A stretch of DNA of 34,941 bases from Promethearchaeota archaeon (GTDB lineage: Archaea > Asgardarchaeota > Lokiarchaeia > Sigyniarchaeales > SOKP01): assembly GCA_019058245.1 (NCBI GenBank), contig JAHPZJ010000007.1, forward strand, positions 1-34,941. The letters run 5' to 3'. A program made the translations under genes and the position numbers. The notes under the pieces were generated by a model. That model saw only the letters and a program-made list of their open reading frames with translations, made no database searches and was not told the DNA's origin. Shown here piece by piece: positions 20,035 to 28,784 of the stretch. How positions within the stretch are numbered: the first letter of the stretch is position 1; every line of letters starts with the position of its first letter.

Positions 20035-20408
20035 AAATTATTATTTTATATATAAAAACCTTAAATTAACAATAAAGTGTTAAAAACTAAGCAACCAATA
20101 ATTAAAAGAGATAATAAACCTTGTAATACTTCACCCAAATATTATAAGAATCTTTATTATCATTAATTTCTTTTTTTTTGGATATAATCTTTCATATATC
20201 ATTCTTTTTAAAAGAAGATATAAAAGTAATAATATAAATCAAGAAATTACTAATTCTTTATTCAAAATAATGAAAAATTTTAATTACGGCATAGCACTTA
20301 AAAACTGATAATTTTTCATTTTACTAAAGTATATAAAACAAAACTAAGATTAAATTCTTAATAAAAATTACATTAAATTCAAAAAAAATCTCTTAGAGGA
20401 GAATTATT

Positions 20409-20753
20409 CTGTCAGAATTTGAACAAAAAGTTTTAAAATTACTTGAAGATATTAACGGTAAATTAGATAAATTATTGATGTCTGAACCTACTCAAGTGAG
20501 TTCTGCACCTGCAACTTCAACTACACCTACTCCCATGGCTACTACAGTTAAACCATCTGAAATTGTGGATAGGCAAGAGGAAGAAGCACGTATGGAAGAA
20601 AAACCTCCAGTTGAAGGGCGTAGAGTATGTCCAGAATGTGGTGGTACTACATTTTCTACACTGGAAGATAAAAGTCAAGTACTACACCAAATGGGTGGTG
20701 TAAAGATATATGCGAAAAAATATGTCTGCAAGCAATGTGGATATGAATACTAA
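20409..20753 (+). CDS. Coiled-coil / Pro-Thr linker / Zn-ribbon protein (probable CTG start, 114 aa)
   Basis: SD GAGGAG at 20396-20401, then CTG TCA GAA...: (M)SEFEQKVLKLLEDINGKLDKLLMSEPTQVSSAPATSTTPTP...EGRRVCPECGG...KKYVCKQCGYEY. In-frame TAG at 20394. Confidence 0.8.
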   Translation: MSEFEQKVLKLLEDINGKLDKLLMSEPTQVSSAPATSTTPTPMATTVKPSEIVDRQEEEARMEEKPPVEGRRVCPECGGTTFSTLEDKSQVLHQMGGVKIYAKKYVCKQCGYEY

Positions 20754-21074
20754 TGAGTATATACCAAAATTTTTTTAAATTTTTTTTAATATATGTAAAG
20801 AATTAAGATTGAAGAATTTACACTCTTCTATTTGCTGCCCTACATAATAATAATTTTTTATCTTTTTACTATCTAGTTTCTAACCTTTTTTAAAAATCAT
20901 TATTAAATGAATATACTTCTAATATTTTTTTGGTTTTAACAGATAAAAATTATAATTTGATCTTTATAACTTAGCATTAGTGTATTTATTATAATTCCTT
21001 TCAGTTAGATTTTTAACCAGACTATAATTTAAATTCTTAATTAAAAATTTTATAAGGTATTTGCGGTGTAATAT

Positions 21075-22160
21075 ATAATTCCTCAATGGAGAATTAAAAA
21101 ATATATTCAATATGTTAAAAACTTCATTTTAAACAATTTTACTGACCGTAAGATACCTTATTCTGCTCAGATAGAATTAACCTTACGTTGTAATGGTAAA
21201 TGTTCATTTTGCTCAATTCATTCTTTACCTGAATCTATAATAGGTAATGACATGACAACAGCACAAATAAAATATCTTATTGATGAAATTGTGGATTTGG
21301 GTATATTGGCTCTCTCTTTCACGGGTGGTGAACCAACATTAAGAAATGATCTTCCTGAATTAATTAGATATACCGGCATAAAACATGGATTATTGAATGG
21401 AATTGCAACAAACGGATATTTATTGCCTAAATTGTTTAAAGAAAATAAAATTGAAGGATTAGATTATATTCTAATCTCTTTAGACTACCCTACTGCAGAA
21501 TTACACAACAAAATGAGAGGCATAAAAGTTTTTGACAAAGTTATCGAATCTATCAATTTAGCAAATAAGCATGATATCAAGACTATTATAAGTACTGTAG
21601 TTATGAAAAATAATATTCTCCTCTTAGAGGATATTTGCCAATTAGCTGAAAGATTAGGATCGTCAGTAGAGATATATCCATGTGAAGATATTATCCGAGA
21701 TTTCTCAAATATTAGCTATCAAATCAGTAATATTGAAGAAATAATGCCTGATGTATCTCAATGGGCAAATCAAATTAGAATTTTGAAAAAAAAATATCGC
21801 AATATTTTAACAGATCCAGTGAGTATTGAGGTAACTCAGAAAGGATTTGGTGGATATCCGAATTATCATCAAAAAACATTGCGTTGTCATGTAGCTGAAG
21901 CTTATTTATTTATAAGCCATGATGGATTCATTAGTTATCCATGTAAAATACACCCTATTAAGAGATTCAATGCTTTAGAATATCCTGTTTCTACAATTTA
22001 TAATTCATATGAGGTAAAAGAAATAATGAAATTGCATGACAATTATAGTTTCTGTGATAAATGTCGTTTAGGTTGTGCGATAGCATCCTCAATACCAACT
22101 CGTTGGAAAACGCTTTATGCTAAATATATTAAAGGGTTTATAGATGGGGGTTTAAGATAA
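21075..22160 (+). CDS. Radical SAM protein with SPASM/Twitch-like C-terminus (probable ATA/ATT start)
   Basis: ELTLRCNGKCSFC (CxxxCxxC, codons 21189-21212) lies in frame upstream of the first ATG (21252); FTGGEPTLR, IATNG, ISLD; C-terminal CH...PC...CDKCRLGC. Confidence 0.88.
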   Translation: MIPQWRIKKYIQYVKNFILNNFTDRKIPYSAQIELTLRCNGKCSFCSIHSLPESIIGNDMTTAQIKYLIDEIVDLGILALSFTGGEPTLRNDLPELIRYTGIKHGLLNGIATNGYLLPKLFKENKIEGLDYILISLDYPTAELHNKMRGIKVFDKVIESINLANKHDIKTIISTVVMKNNILLLEDICQLAERLGSSVEIYPCEDIIRDFSNISYQISNIEEIMPDVSQWANQIRILKKKYRNILTDPVSIEVTQKGFGGYPNYHQKTLRCHVAEAYLFISHDGFISYPCKIHPIKRFNALEYPVSTIYNSYEVKEIMKLHDNYSFCDKCRLGCAIASSIPTRWKTLYAKYIKGFIDGGLR

Positions 22161-22274
22161 AAAAGGGTTTTCTAAATCTCAATAATTTCATAGTATATAA
22201 TTCATTGTTTATTAGTAGATACAATTCATAAAATTTAATTTTAAATGCGCTTTTCATAAAGTAGTGATATAATA

Positions 22275-22913
22275 ATGTCAAATGTTGCTGTTATAATTCA
22301 AATTTTATTCATAACTATATGTATGATAATCTTTGGCATGATTCTTAATTATGTTTTAGGAGCAAGGAAAGATGCATTAAGTGACTTAACGAATAAGGCA
22401 ATGAATCTTCAAGAACGTATGAGAAATGCTCAACATTTAGGTGATTATCAATTAATGGTAAAACTCCAACAAGAATCAGTTCAGTTGATAAAACAGATGA
22501 TGAAAAAACAAATAATTCCCCTATTTATTAGATGTGCTATTTTTCTTGGAATTTTTGCAATACTAACAATAATATATTCAGATTATAGATCTGGGTTATT
22601 ATCGTTTCCAGTTCTCTTTTTTGGAAGTGGTTGGGTTGCAGTTTATTTTCTTTTCTCAATTACTATTTCCTTAATAATATATCTTGGAAAGAGATTATAT
22701 AGGAAAATCACTGGGAAAGGAAAATCATCACAGAGTTATTTATCAAATCTTATAAAGATGATCTCACCCACTCAGCAAGATTCAAGTGAACCTTTCCAAA
22801 TTTCTACTAAAGAACAATATCAAACAACAAATTATAATAAAACCACAAAGAACCACCAAGTAGAAGACTTATCAACTAAAAAAGACGCTTGGAAAGATCG
22901 CTTAAAAGACTAA
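22275..22913 (+). CDS. EMC3/TMCO1/Get1 (DUF106, Oxa1-superfamily) membrane insertase-like protein
   Basis: TM1, then a cytosolic coiled-coil hairpin (LQERMRNAQHLGD...LQQE...QMMKKQIIP), TM2 and TM3 with GWVAVYFLFS; polar C-terminal tail. Confidence 0.8.
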   Translation: MSNVAVIIQILFITICMIIFGMILNYVLGARKDALSDLTNKAMNLQERMRNAQHLGDYQLMVKLQQESVQLIKQMMKKQIIPLFIRCAIFLGIFAILTIIYSDYRSGLLSFPVLFFGSGWVAVYFLFSITISLIIYLGKRLYRKITGKGKSSQSYLSNLIKMISPTQQDSSEPFQISTKEQYQTTNYNKTTKNHQVEDLSTKKDAWKDRLKD

Positions 22914-22958
22914 AATAAATAATTTATTCTGTAAATTGATTTGTATAACAAAATAAAA

Positions 22959-23273
22959 ATGAATCGAAATTTAGTTTTAAATCTAATATTTATTGGATTA
23001 TTTATACTATTTTTAACTTTATCTTTAATGGTTGATTTCTTTTTTTTTATACCTATACTTTGTTTTTTACCCTTTTCATATAGAACAAATACTCGAAAAA
23101 AAATAAATTTTGAACAAAGGGTACCAGAAAATTCCTCTAAACAGAATTTTAAAAGAATAAAAGTAAAATATTGTCCTAAATGCGGAGGAGAAATAAAACA
23201 ATCAATTGCTAAATTCTGCTATCATTGTGGAGAAAAATTAAATAATATACAAGATGAAGTAAGCTATGGTTGA
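22959..23273 (+). CDS. Membrane-anchored zinc-ribbon protein
   Basis: N-terminal hydrophobic hairpin; YCPKCGGEI...AKFCYHCGEKL. Start at ATG 22959 (or TTG 22941). Confidence 0.8.
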   Translation: MNRNLVLNLIFIGLFILFLTLSLMVDFFFFIPILCFLPFSYRTNTRKKINFEQRVPENSSKQNFKRIKVKYCPKCGGEIKQSIAKFCYHCGEKLNNIQDEVSYG

Positions 23274-23775
23274 AAAAAACGATATAAAAAGGCAAATGAC
23301 ATTATATTTTGTGTTTGCTGGAGTAATGATAGGTCTGAATTATTTAATTCAAAAATTAAATGAATTAGTTATTGCTCCTTTCGTTTGTCAAAATTATGGG
23401 ACAATTGAGTTTATCCACGTGTTTTATTGTTCAGTTGACCCATTTAATATGTCAGAACTAATTGGTTCTATAATTGCGGTTGGTATTACTTATATCATTA
23501 AGTTCTTTTTAGATAAATATATAGTTTTTAAAAAAACAGGGACTGGTATTAAACAAACCTCTACGGAATTTATGAAATATTTTGGTTCCGCTATATTAAC
23601 TACAATTGAAAATATTGGAATCCAATTTTTATTAACTAATTTCCTAAATTCACCTCTAGAAATAAGCTTTATTATAGCATTATCTATTGGGTACCTAACA
23701 AAATTTTTCTTAGATAAACGATATATTTTTAATGATAAATTACAAATTGAAAAATCAAAAGATTTAATAGATTAA
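23266..23775 (+). CDS. GtrA-like membrane protein
   Basis: Four hydrophobic helices in two internal repeats ending KFFLDKYIVF and KFFLDKRYIF; EFMKYF motif. Confidence 0.8.
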   Translation: MVEKNDIKRQMTLYFVFAGVMIGLNYLIQKLNELVIAPFVCQNYGTIEFIHVFYCSVDPFNMSELIGSIIAVGITYIIKFFLDKYIVFKKTGTGIKQTSTEFMKYFGSAILTTIENIGIQFLLTNFLNSPLEISFIIALSIGYLTKFFLDKRYIFNDKLQIEKSKDLID

Positions 23776-23792
23776 ATGGTGTTTTTAATCAT

Positions 23793-24893
23793 ATGTCTAA
23801 TGAACGTGAAGGTCATGAAGAAGATAATGATCAATCAATTGTAGACGCACTCTCAACACTTGGTTGGGTAGAAGAAAAGAATGAGAAAGAGGAAACTCTA
23901 CAAACTGAAGATAATCTCAAAGAAAAAATTAAATACTTTATGGAAGAAAATAAACGATTGATTGGAGAAATGCATGAAAAAAATGAAAAAATTCAAAACT
24001 TAGAAGATCAAATCAAGAATTTTTCTCAAAAAGCAGAATATGAGGATGTTCAAACCCAAGCAGTTCAAAATTTATATGATGCTATAGAGAATAAAGATAC
24101 TGAGATTCAAAATTTGACCTCTCGTTTGAATGAGGACACAACAAAATTAAATAAAATAATCAATGATCAAATTGAAAAAATCAAAAGTTTAACTGCAGAA
24201 ATTGAACAAATTAAGTCTAATCAAACGGACAATCAAGAACTAATTAATGAACTAAATGAAAAAGAAGTAATAATTAAAGAATTGAAAGAACAAATAAACT
24301 ACATAGAATCAGATTCAATTCAAAAGTCTAAATTTGAAAAAGTAGAAGTCCTTTTAGAAAAAAAAGATGAAATTATTACAGAAAAAGAGAAAGTAATTTT
24401 TAACCTTGATAATGATTTAAAAACAGCTAATCAAAAAATACATGATCTCCAGCAACAATTGGAGACCTTTAATTTGGTAAAAAAAGATCTGGAGAAAAAA
24501 TCAGAACGAAATAAAGACTTAGTTGTAGAAATCGAAGAATTAAAGCAAAAAAATATTGCAGTCCAAGAATTAGTAGGGCATTTAGAGGAAAAATTAGAAG
24601 AAGCTCACAAAAAATCAGGAAATCTCACTGGTAAATTTGAATTAGAATTAGGAAATATGCGAAGTATGCTTGATGGAAGTGAAGAGGAGATTAAGAACTT
24701 AAAAGAAAAGATGAATGAATTACTTAACTCTAAAGATGAAATAGAACAAACAGCAGAAAAGATGTTAAGTGAAATTCAACTAATTGAAGATGAAAAACTG
24801 CAAATTGAATCAGAACTCCAAGAAAAAGATAAAGAAATAATCGAATTAAAGAAAAGAATCAAGTTAATGCGTAGGGATATGCAAAAATCATAA
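23793..24893 (+). CDS. Long coiled-coil protein (366 aa)
   Basis: Continuous E/K/Q/L heptads over about 320 aa with no Pro; no Walker motifs or TM; GGTG SD upstream. Confidence 0.85.
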   Translation: MSNEREGHEEDNDQSIVDALSTLGWVEEKNEKEETLQTEDNLKEKIKYFMEENKRLIGEMHEKNEKIQNLEDQIKNFSQKAEYEDVQTQAVQNLYDAIENKDTEIQNLTSRLNEDTTKLNKIINDQIEKIKSLTAEIEQIKSNQTDNQELINELNEKEVIIKELKEQINYIESDSIQKSKFEKVEVLLEKKDEIITEKEKVIFNLDNDLKTANQKIHDLQQQLETFNLVKKDLEKKSERNKDLVVEIEELKQKNIAVQELVGHLEEKLEEAHKKSGNLTGKFELELGNMRSMLDGSEEEIKNLKEKMNELLNSKDEIEQTAEKMLSEIQLIEDEKLQIESELQEKDKEIIELKKRIKLMRRDMQKS

Positions 24894-24963
24894 TTTTAAT
24901 CTTATTAACTAAGTAAATATTTGTAATTATTAAAAAAAGAGAAAAAATAAATAAATTAAATTC

Positions 24964-25971
24964 TTATTTTTCACGCCATTCCATACCACACTCGCCGCAA
25001 CGGTATTTTTTTCCGTACATGCGAGGATAGTCGAGGATTATATTTCCTTTATCAACACTTTCATGAATCATAAGAGGATTATCATTCCCACATTCGGGAC
25101 ATTTTCTACGTCCTTCTATATGATCCACAGTTAAAATTGAACTGTCTGTTTTTCCAGGTATACCCGGAGCGGCTCCTGAAGCCCTTACTTCAGAAATCTC
25201 CTCTTTAACTTCTTCTGGAGTAACTTCTTTAACCTCTGATTTAAATTCGGGTTGGATTGCTTTCGCCACTCTATCATCTTCATCTTCTCCCTCTAAGATC
25301 GATTCAGCTTTTAATTGGACAGCATCTGATTCCTTATAATCCACACCTCTTTCTAGCGCAGCTTTAAACTCTGCGTCATCACCCTCTTCAAAAATTGTTT
25401 CTTGCTGCAATCCCGCTCTATCAGCATCAATATTACGTGCCCATTGACCTGCTTTAACTTTTTCAGTAACACTACATGCGTTTCCTTGCCAGATATAAAC
25501 TTTATTTCCTAGATCAGCAACAAAGCAATCTTCAGAAGCAAGTGATTCTTTTTTAAAGGGAACTTGAATCATCTTCATAGCATTAATATCCTCAAATTCT
25601 TCAGATGAAACACGATAAAGAACATTTTTCCATTCATTAAATTGTGCGAAATCACCAGTAGTTACATCCTTAAGTAAAGTTTTTGCATAATTTTTTTCTA
25701 CTACTTTCATAGCACCCAATGGGTTAATTATTTTCATAAATTCTCCGGATTCTTGCCCTTGATCAACAGTAATTATTTTAGCAGCACCACCACGTTGCTG
25801 ATCGAGCGATCTTGCTTGAGCAGCACCCGCAGTTTTTTCATCAACAGAACATTTATTTCCTATCCACACGTAAATAGTCCTTTCATCGTCTAATAAGTAT
25901 ACATCTCCACTAGAAAAGATTAGTTTATTGATTTCCTTTAAATTCCCTTGGTCAATTAGATATAGCTTCAA
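24964..25971 (-). CDS. Two-domain gelsolin (Asgard 2DGel-like) with acidic linker and C-terminal Zn ribbon
   Basis: G1: FSSGDVYLLD...IYVWIG..CSVDEK..GAAQA..LD...VDQGQESGEF. G2: LASEDCFVADLG.KVYIWQG..CSVTEK..A...EEGDD.EF. Tail: CPECG...CGECG. Confidence 0.93.
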   Translation of the reverse strand: MKLYLIDQGNLKEINKLIFSSGDVYLLDDERTIYVWIGNKCSVDEKTAGAAQARSLDQQRGGAAKIITVDQGQESGEFMKIINPLGAMKVVEKNYAKTLLKDVTTGDFAQFNEWKNVLYRVSSEEFEDINAMKMIQVPFKKESLASEDCFVADLGNKVYIWQGNACSVTEKVKAGQWARNIDADRAGLQQETIFEEGDDAEFKAALERGVDYKESDAVQLKAESILEGEDEDDRVAKAIQPEFKSEVKEVTPEEVKEEISEVRASGAAPGIPGKTDSSILTVDHIEGRRKCPECGNDNPLMIHESVDKGNIILDYPRMYGKKYRCGECGMEWREK

Positions 25972-26079
25972 TTAGATCAACCTTTTTTTTATTTAATTGA
26001 AATTTAGTTTTTATAAAATTCTTTTTTTAACTGAATAATAAATTAAGATAATATATATGTATTTATCTTTAGACTCTCT

Positions 26080-27456
26080 TTAAAAATCTTTAAGAGCTAA
26101 ATTTATTCTTTTTACAAGTTCAGGTATTTTATTAATATCTATAGAACAATATGCTATCCTTATACCGTTAATATTCTCATCTGCCTTTTGAATAGGTATA
26201 ACTCCCACCTTATATTCCTTCAATAGGTAATCTGCGAAATCTGTTGCTTTAATTTTGTTTGGATCTAAATTTATAAATAAAAAGAATCCTCCAGAATTAG
26301 GATCTATTGAGATATGGGGATTATTAATTTTTTTAAGCTCTGAATTAATAGCTTCATATCTAAGTTTAAGTAGTTTATTCACTTCTTCTCTTGATTTTAT
26401 AATTTGATCAAACCCATTCTCTTTAAATAACTTATGGACTAGAACTTGGTAAAAGCTATTACAATTTGATATATTTGCTCTGATAAATCCCTCTAATTTA
26501 TTATGTATCTCTTTCTTTAAACTATCTAGCTCTTTATCATCTCCTATCCAAGATGGTTTCAATCCAATTGTAATAAATCCTACACGTCCCCCGTAAATCA
26601 GGAGATCTTTAGTAATACCATCTAATTTAATCGGTATTACATTTTCATCTAATTGATGCAGATCATAGAATATGGATCGGTTTAAAACATCTTTTTCATA
26701 AACGTATGGTTCATATGCATCATCCACAAAAACAATTAGTGGTTTTTTATGAATTCTCTGGCTTTCTTTTAACATTTCAACTAAGCTAAGTGCCTCTTCT
26801 TTTGTAGGTATATATCCCGTTGGATTATTTGGAAAATTCAAAAGTAAGACAATCTTCTCTTGAATTTTAGCAACAGTTTCTATAGCAATTCTCAGTGCTT
26901 CAATGTTCATCTCATTTCCTTTAAAAAATTCAAAAGACTGAGATCTTGCCCCTACCAATTTGCATATTATATTATCATAATTGCCCCATCTCTTATTTGG
27001 CATGATAATATAATCATTTGGATTTAAAAACATTGAGCAGGATTGGAAAATTCCATTTGAAACACCCCCGGTTATAACTGGAGTAGTAATATACTTTTTT
27101 AATCTTGCTAATAATGAACTCTCTTGTTCATTATAAAATGATTTTTTGATAATCCATTCTTTCCAAATCTCTCTTGTTTCAAGGCGACCACCGATGGATG
27201 AATATGGAACTAATTGATTCACAGTAAAATTAGAAAAATCCTTAATTTCTTTGATATAACAAGGGAGCCATTCAGAACTCCCTCCTTCAACAAAATCCTT
27301 TTCATAAGCATAAGCTGATCCGATCGTTCCAATGATTTCAGCCTCCTGCTTTGCTCTTCCAGACCAATAGAATATACCATCAGGAAGAAAAATTCTTTTT
27401 CCAATTTCTGATAAAGCTGTGTATATTGGTGTTTTTTCAATATAATTAAATTTCAT
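26080..27456 (-). CDS. PLP-dependent aminotransferase class I/II
   Basis: WGNY, LNFPNNPTGY, VDDAY, DGITKDLLIYGGRVG (PLP lysine), NSGGFF, GIRIAY. Confidence 0.92.
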   Translation of the reverse strand: MKFNYIEKTPIYTALSEIGKRIFLPDGIFYWSGRAKQEAEIIGTIGSAYAYEKDFVEGGSSEWLPCYIKEIKDFSNFTVNQLVPYSSIGGRLETREIWKEWIIKKSFYNEQESSLLARLKKYITTPVITGGVSNGIFQSCSMFLNPNDYIIMPNKRWGNYDNIICKLVGARSQSFEFFKGNEMNIEALRIAIETVAKIQEKIVLLLNFPNNPTGYIPTKEEALSLVEMLKESQRIHKKPLIVFVDDAYEPYVYEKDVLNRSIFYDLHQLDENVIPIKLDGITKDLLIYGGRVGFITIGLKPSWIGDDKELDSLKKEIHNKLEGFIRANISNCNSFYQVLVHKLFKENGFDQIIKSREEVNKLLKLRYEAINSELKKINNPHISIDPNSGGFFLFINLDPNKIKATDFADYLLKEYKVGVIPIQKADENINGIRIAYCSIDINKIPELVKRINLALKDF

Positions 27457-27571
27457 AATAAAATTAAATATTGTTTAATATTTACTAAAATCTATTTATC
27501 AATAATTAATTAAAGATTGTAACGTTATTTACTTACTGAATTTAAATATTAAAATGGATTAAGAATAAAAT

Positions 27572-28042
27572 ATGAGTGAAGAAAATAATTTAAAAGATTC
27601 TAAAAATGAAAAACAAGATAAAAATCTTCTTTTAAAAGGCTGGAAAAATTTCATTAATAGCGCAAAAGACGGATTTGATAATTTTACTTCTTCTTTAGAA
27701 AAGCAAGCTAAACAAAATGAAGAATTATGGGAAGAAAATAGAGAAAAAGTTGATGGCTTCTTCGATAAAATGAAACAAGATTGGAATAATAAAATTCAAC
27801 AATGGAATCAAGAAATGGAGCAGCGGAATTTAGAAACAAAAGAACAATGGGAAACTCGTAAAGGAAAAATTCAACAAGATATAAAAAGTTGGCAGCAAAA
27901 AACTGAAAAAGAATGGAATGATGGGGTAAAGGCTTTTAGAAAAGGATTTTTTAAAGCTTATATATGGGCGATAATAGTAATTCTACCTATTGTTTTAATA
28001 GTTATTATTGTTTTATATGTTATAAATAAGCTTTTAGGATGA
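27572..28042 (+). CDS. Tail-anchored amphipathic helical protein (Trp-periodic, apolipoprotein-like)
   Basis: Pro-free K/E/Q-rich helix with recurring W/F, a basic-aromatic juxtamembrane segment and a single C-terminal TM. Confidence 0.8.
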   Translation: MSEENNLKDSKNEKQDKNLLLKGWKNFINSAKDGFDNFTSSLEKQAKQNEELWEENREKVDGFFDKMKQDWNNKIQQWNQEMEQRNLETKEQWETRKGKIQQDIKSWQQKTEKEWNDGVKAFRKGFFKAYIWAIIVILPIVLIVIIVLYVINKLLG

Positions 28043-28091
28043 TTTTGTAACTTTTAATTTTCAATTTTTTTTAGACAAAATTTATTCAAAA

Positions 28092-28751
28092 ATGATTGAA
28101 ATACTCACAATTTCTTTCTTAGTAGCTCTTACTGGAGCATTATCTCCTGGACCTGTATTAACTTTCACAATTTATAAATCTCTTGAAAGTAAAATTGGAT
28201 ATTTAGCGGGATTATTAATAACATTAGGTCATGCACTTTTAGAATTTTCATTAATTATCATTTTATTATTGGGAGCTTCTTTATTGTTTCAAAATTTAGT
28301 TTTTCTAATGATTTTAGGAATCATTGGGGGAAGTTGTTTAATAACATTTGGCACTCTCACAATTAGAAATGTATATAAAAAAGAATACTTGGTGAATTTT
28401 GACTTAGATAATCAAAGTATGAAGAGTTTTAAAGGAAATAGTTTTATTGGAGGAATTTTTTATTCGATAACAAATCCCTATTGGGAATTTTGGTGGGCTA
28501 CTGCGGGGATAACAATTATGGTAAATTTAAATATTTCTTTTCAGCAACCATTAGGTCTTTTACTTTTTTTTATAGGACATGAATTAGGTGACTTAGCTTG
28601 GTATGTACCGATTTCATTTTTTGTATATTTTGGAGGAAAATCTCTCAATCCAAAGGTATATAAATATGTGTTAATTGGATGTGGAACATTTATGATCATA
28701 TTTGGAGTTTATCTCACTTTAAATATAATCATATTTCCTCCAACATTTTGA
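28092..28751 (+). CDS. LysE-family translocator
   Basis: ALTGALSPGP, GHALLE, TNPYWEFWW, IGHELGDLAWY; about 6 TM helices. Confidence 0.9.
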   Translation: MIEILTISFLVALTGALSPGPVLTFTIYKSLESKIGYLAGLLITLGHALLEFSLIIILLLGASLLFQNLVFLMILGIIGGSCLITFGTLTIRNVYKKEYLVNFDLDNQSMKSFKGNSFIGGIFYSITNPYWEFWWATAGITIMVNLNISFQQPLGLLLFFIGHELGDLAWYVPISFFVYFGGKSLNPKVYKYVLIGCGTFMIIFGVYLTLNIIIFPPTF

Positions 28752-28784
28752 TCGGAATTATAGCATTCCCTCAGATTTTATTAT

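Noticed and set aside
23793-24893. SMC/Rad50 call for the coiled-coil protein
   Set aside because: No Walker A/B, signature, hinge or CxxC hook.
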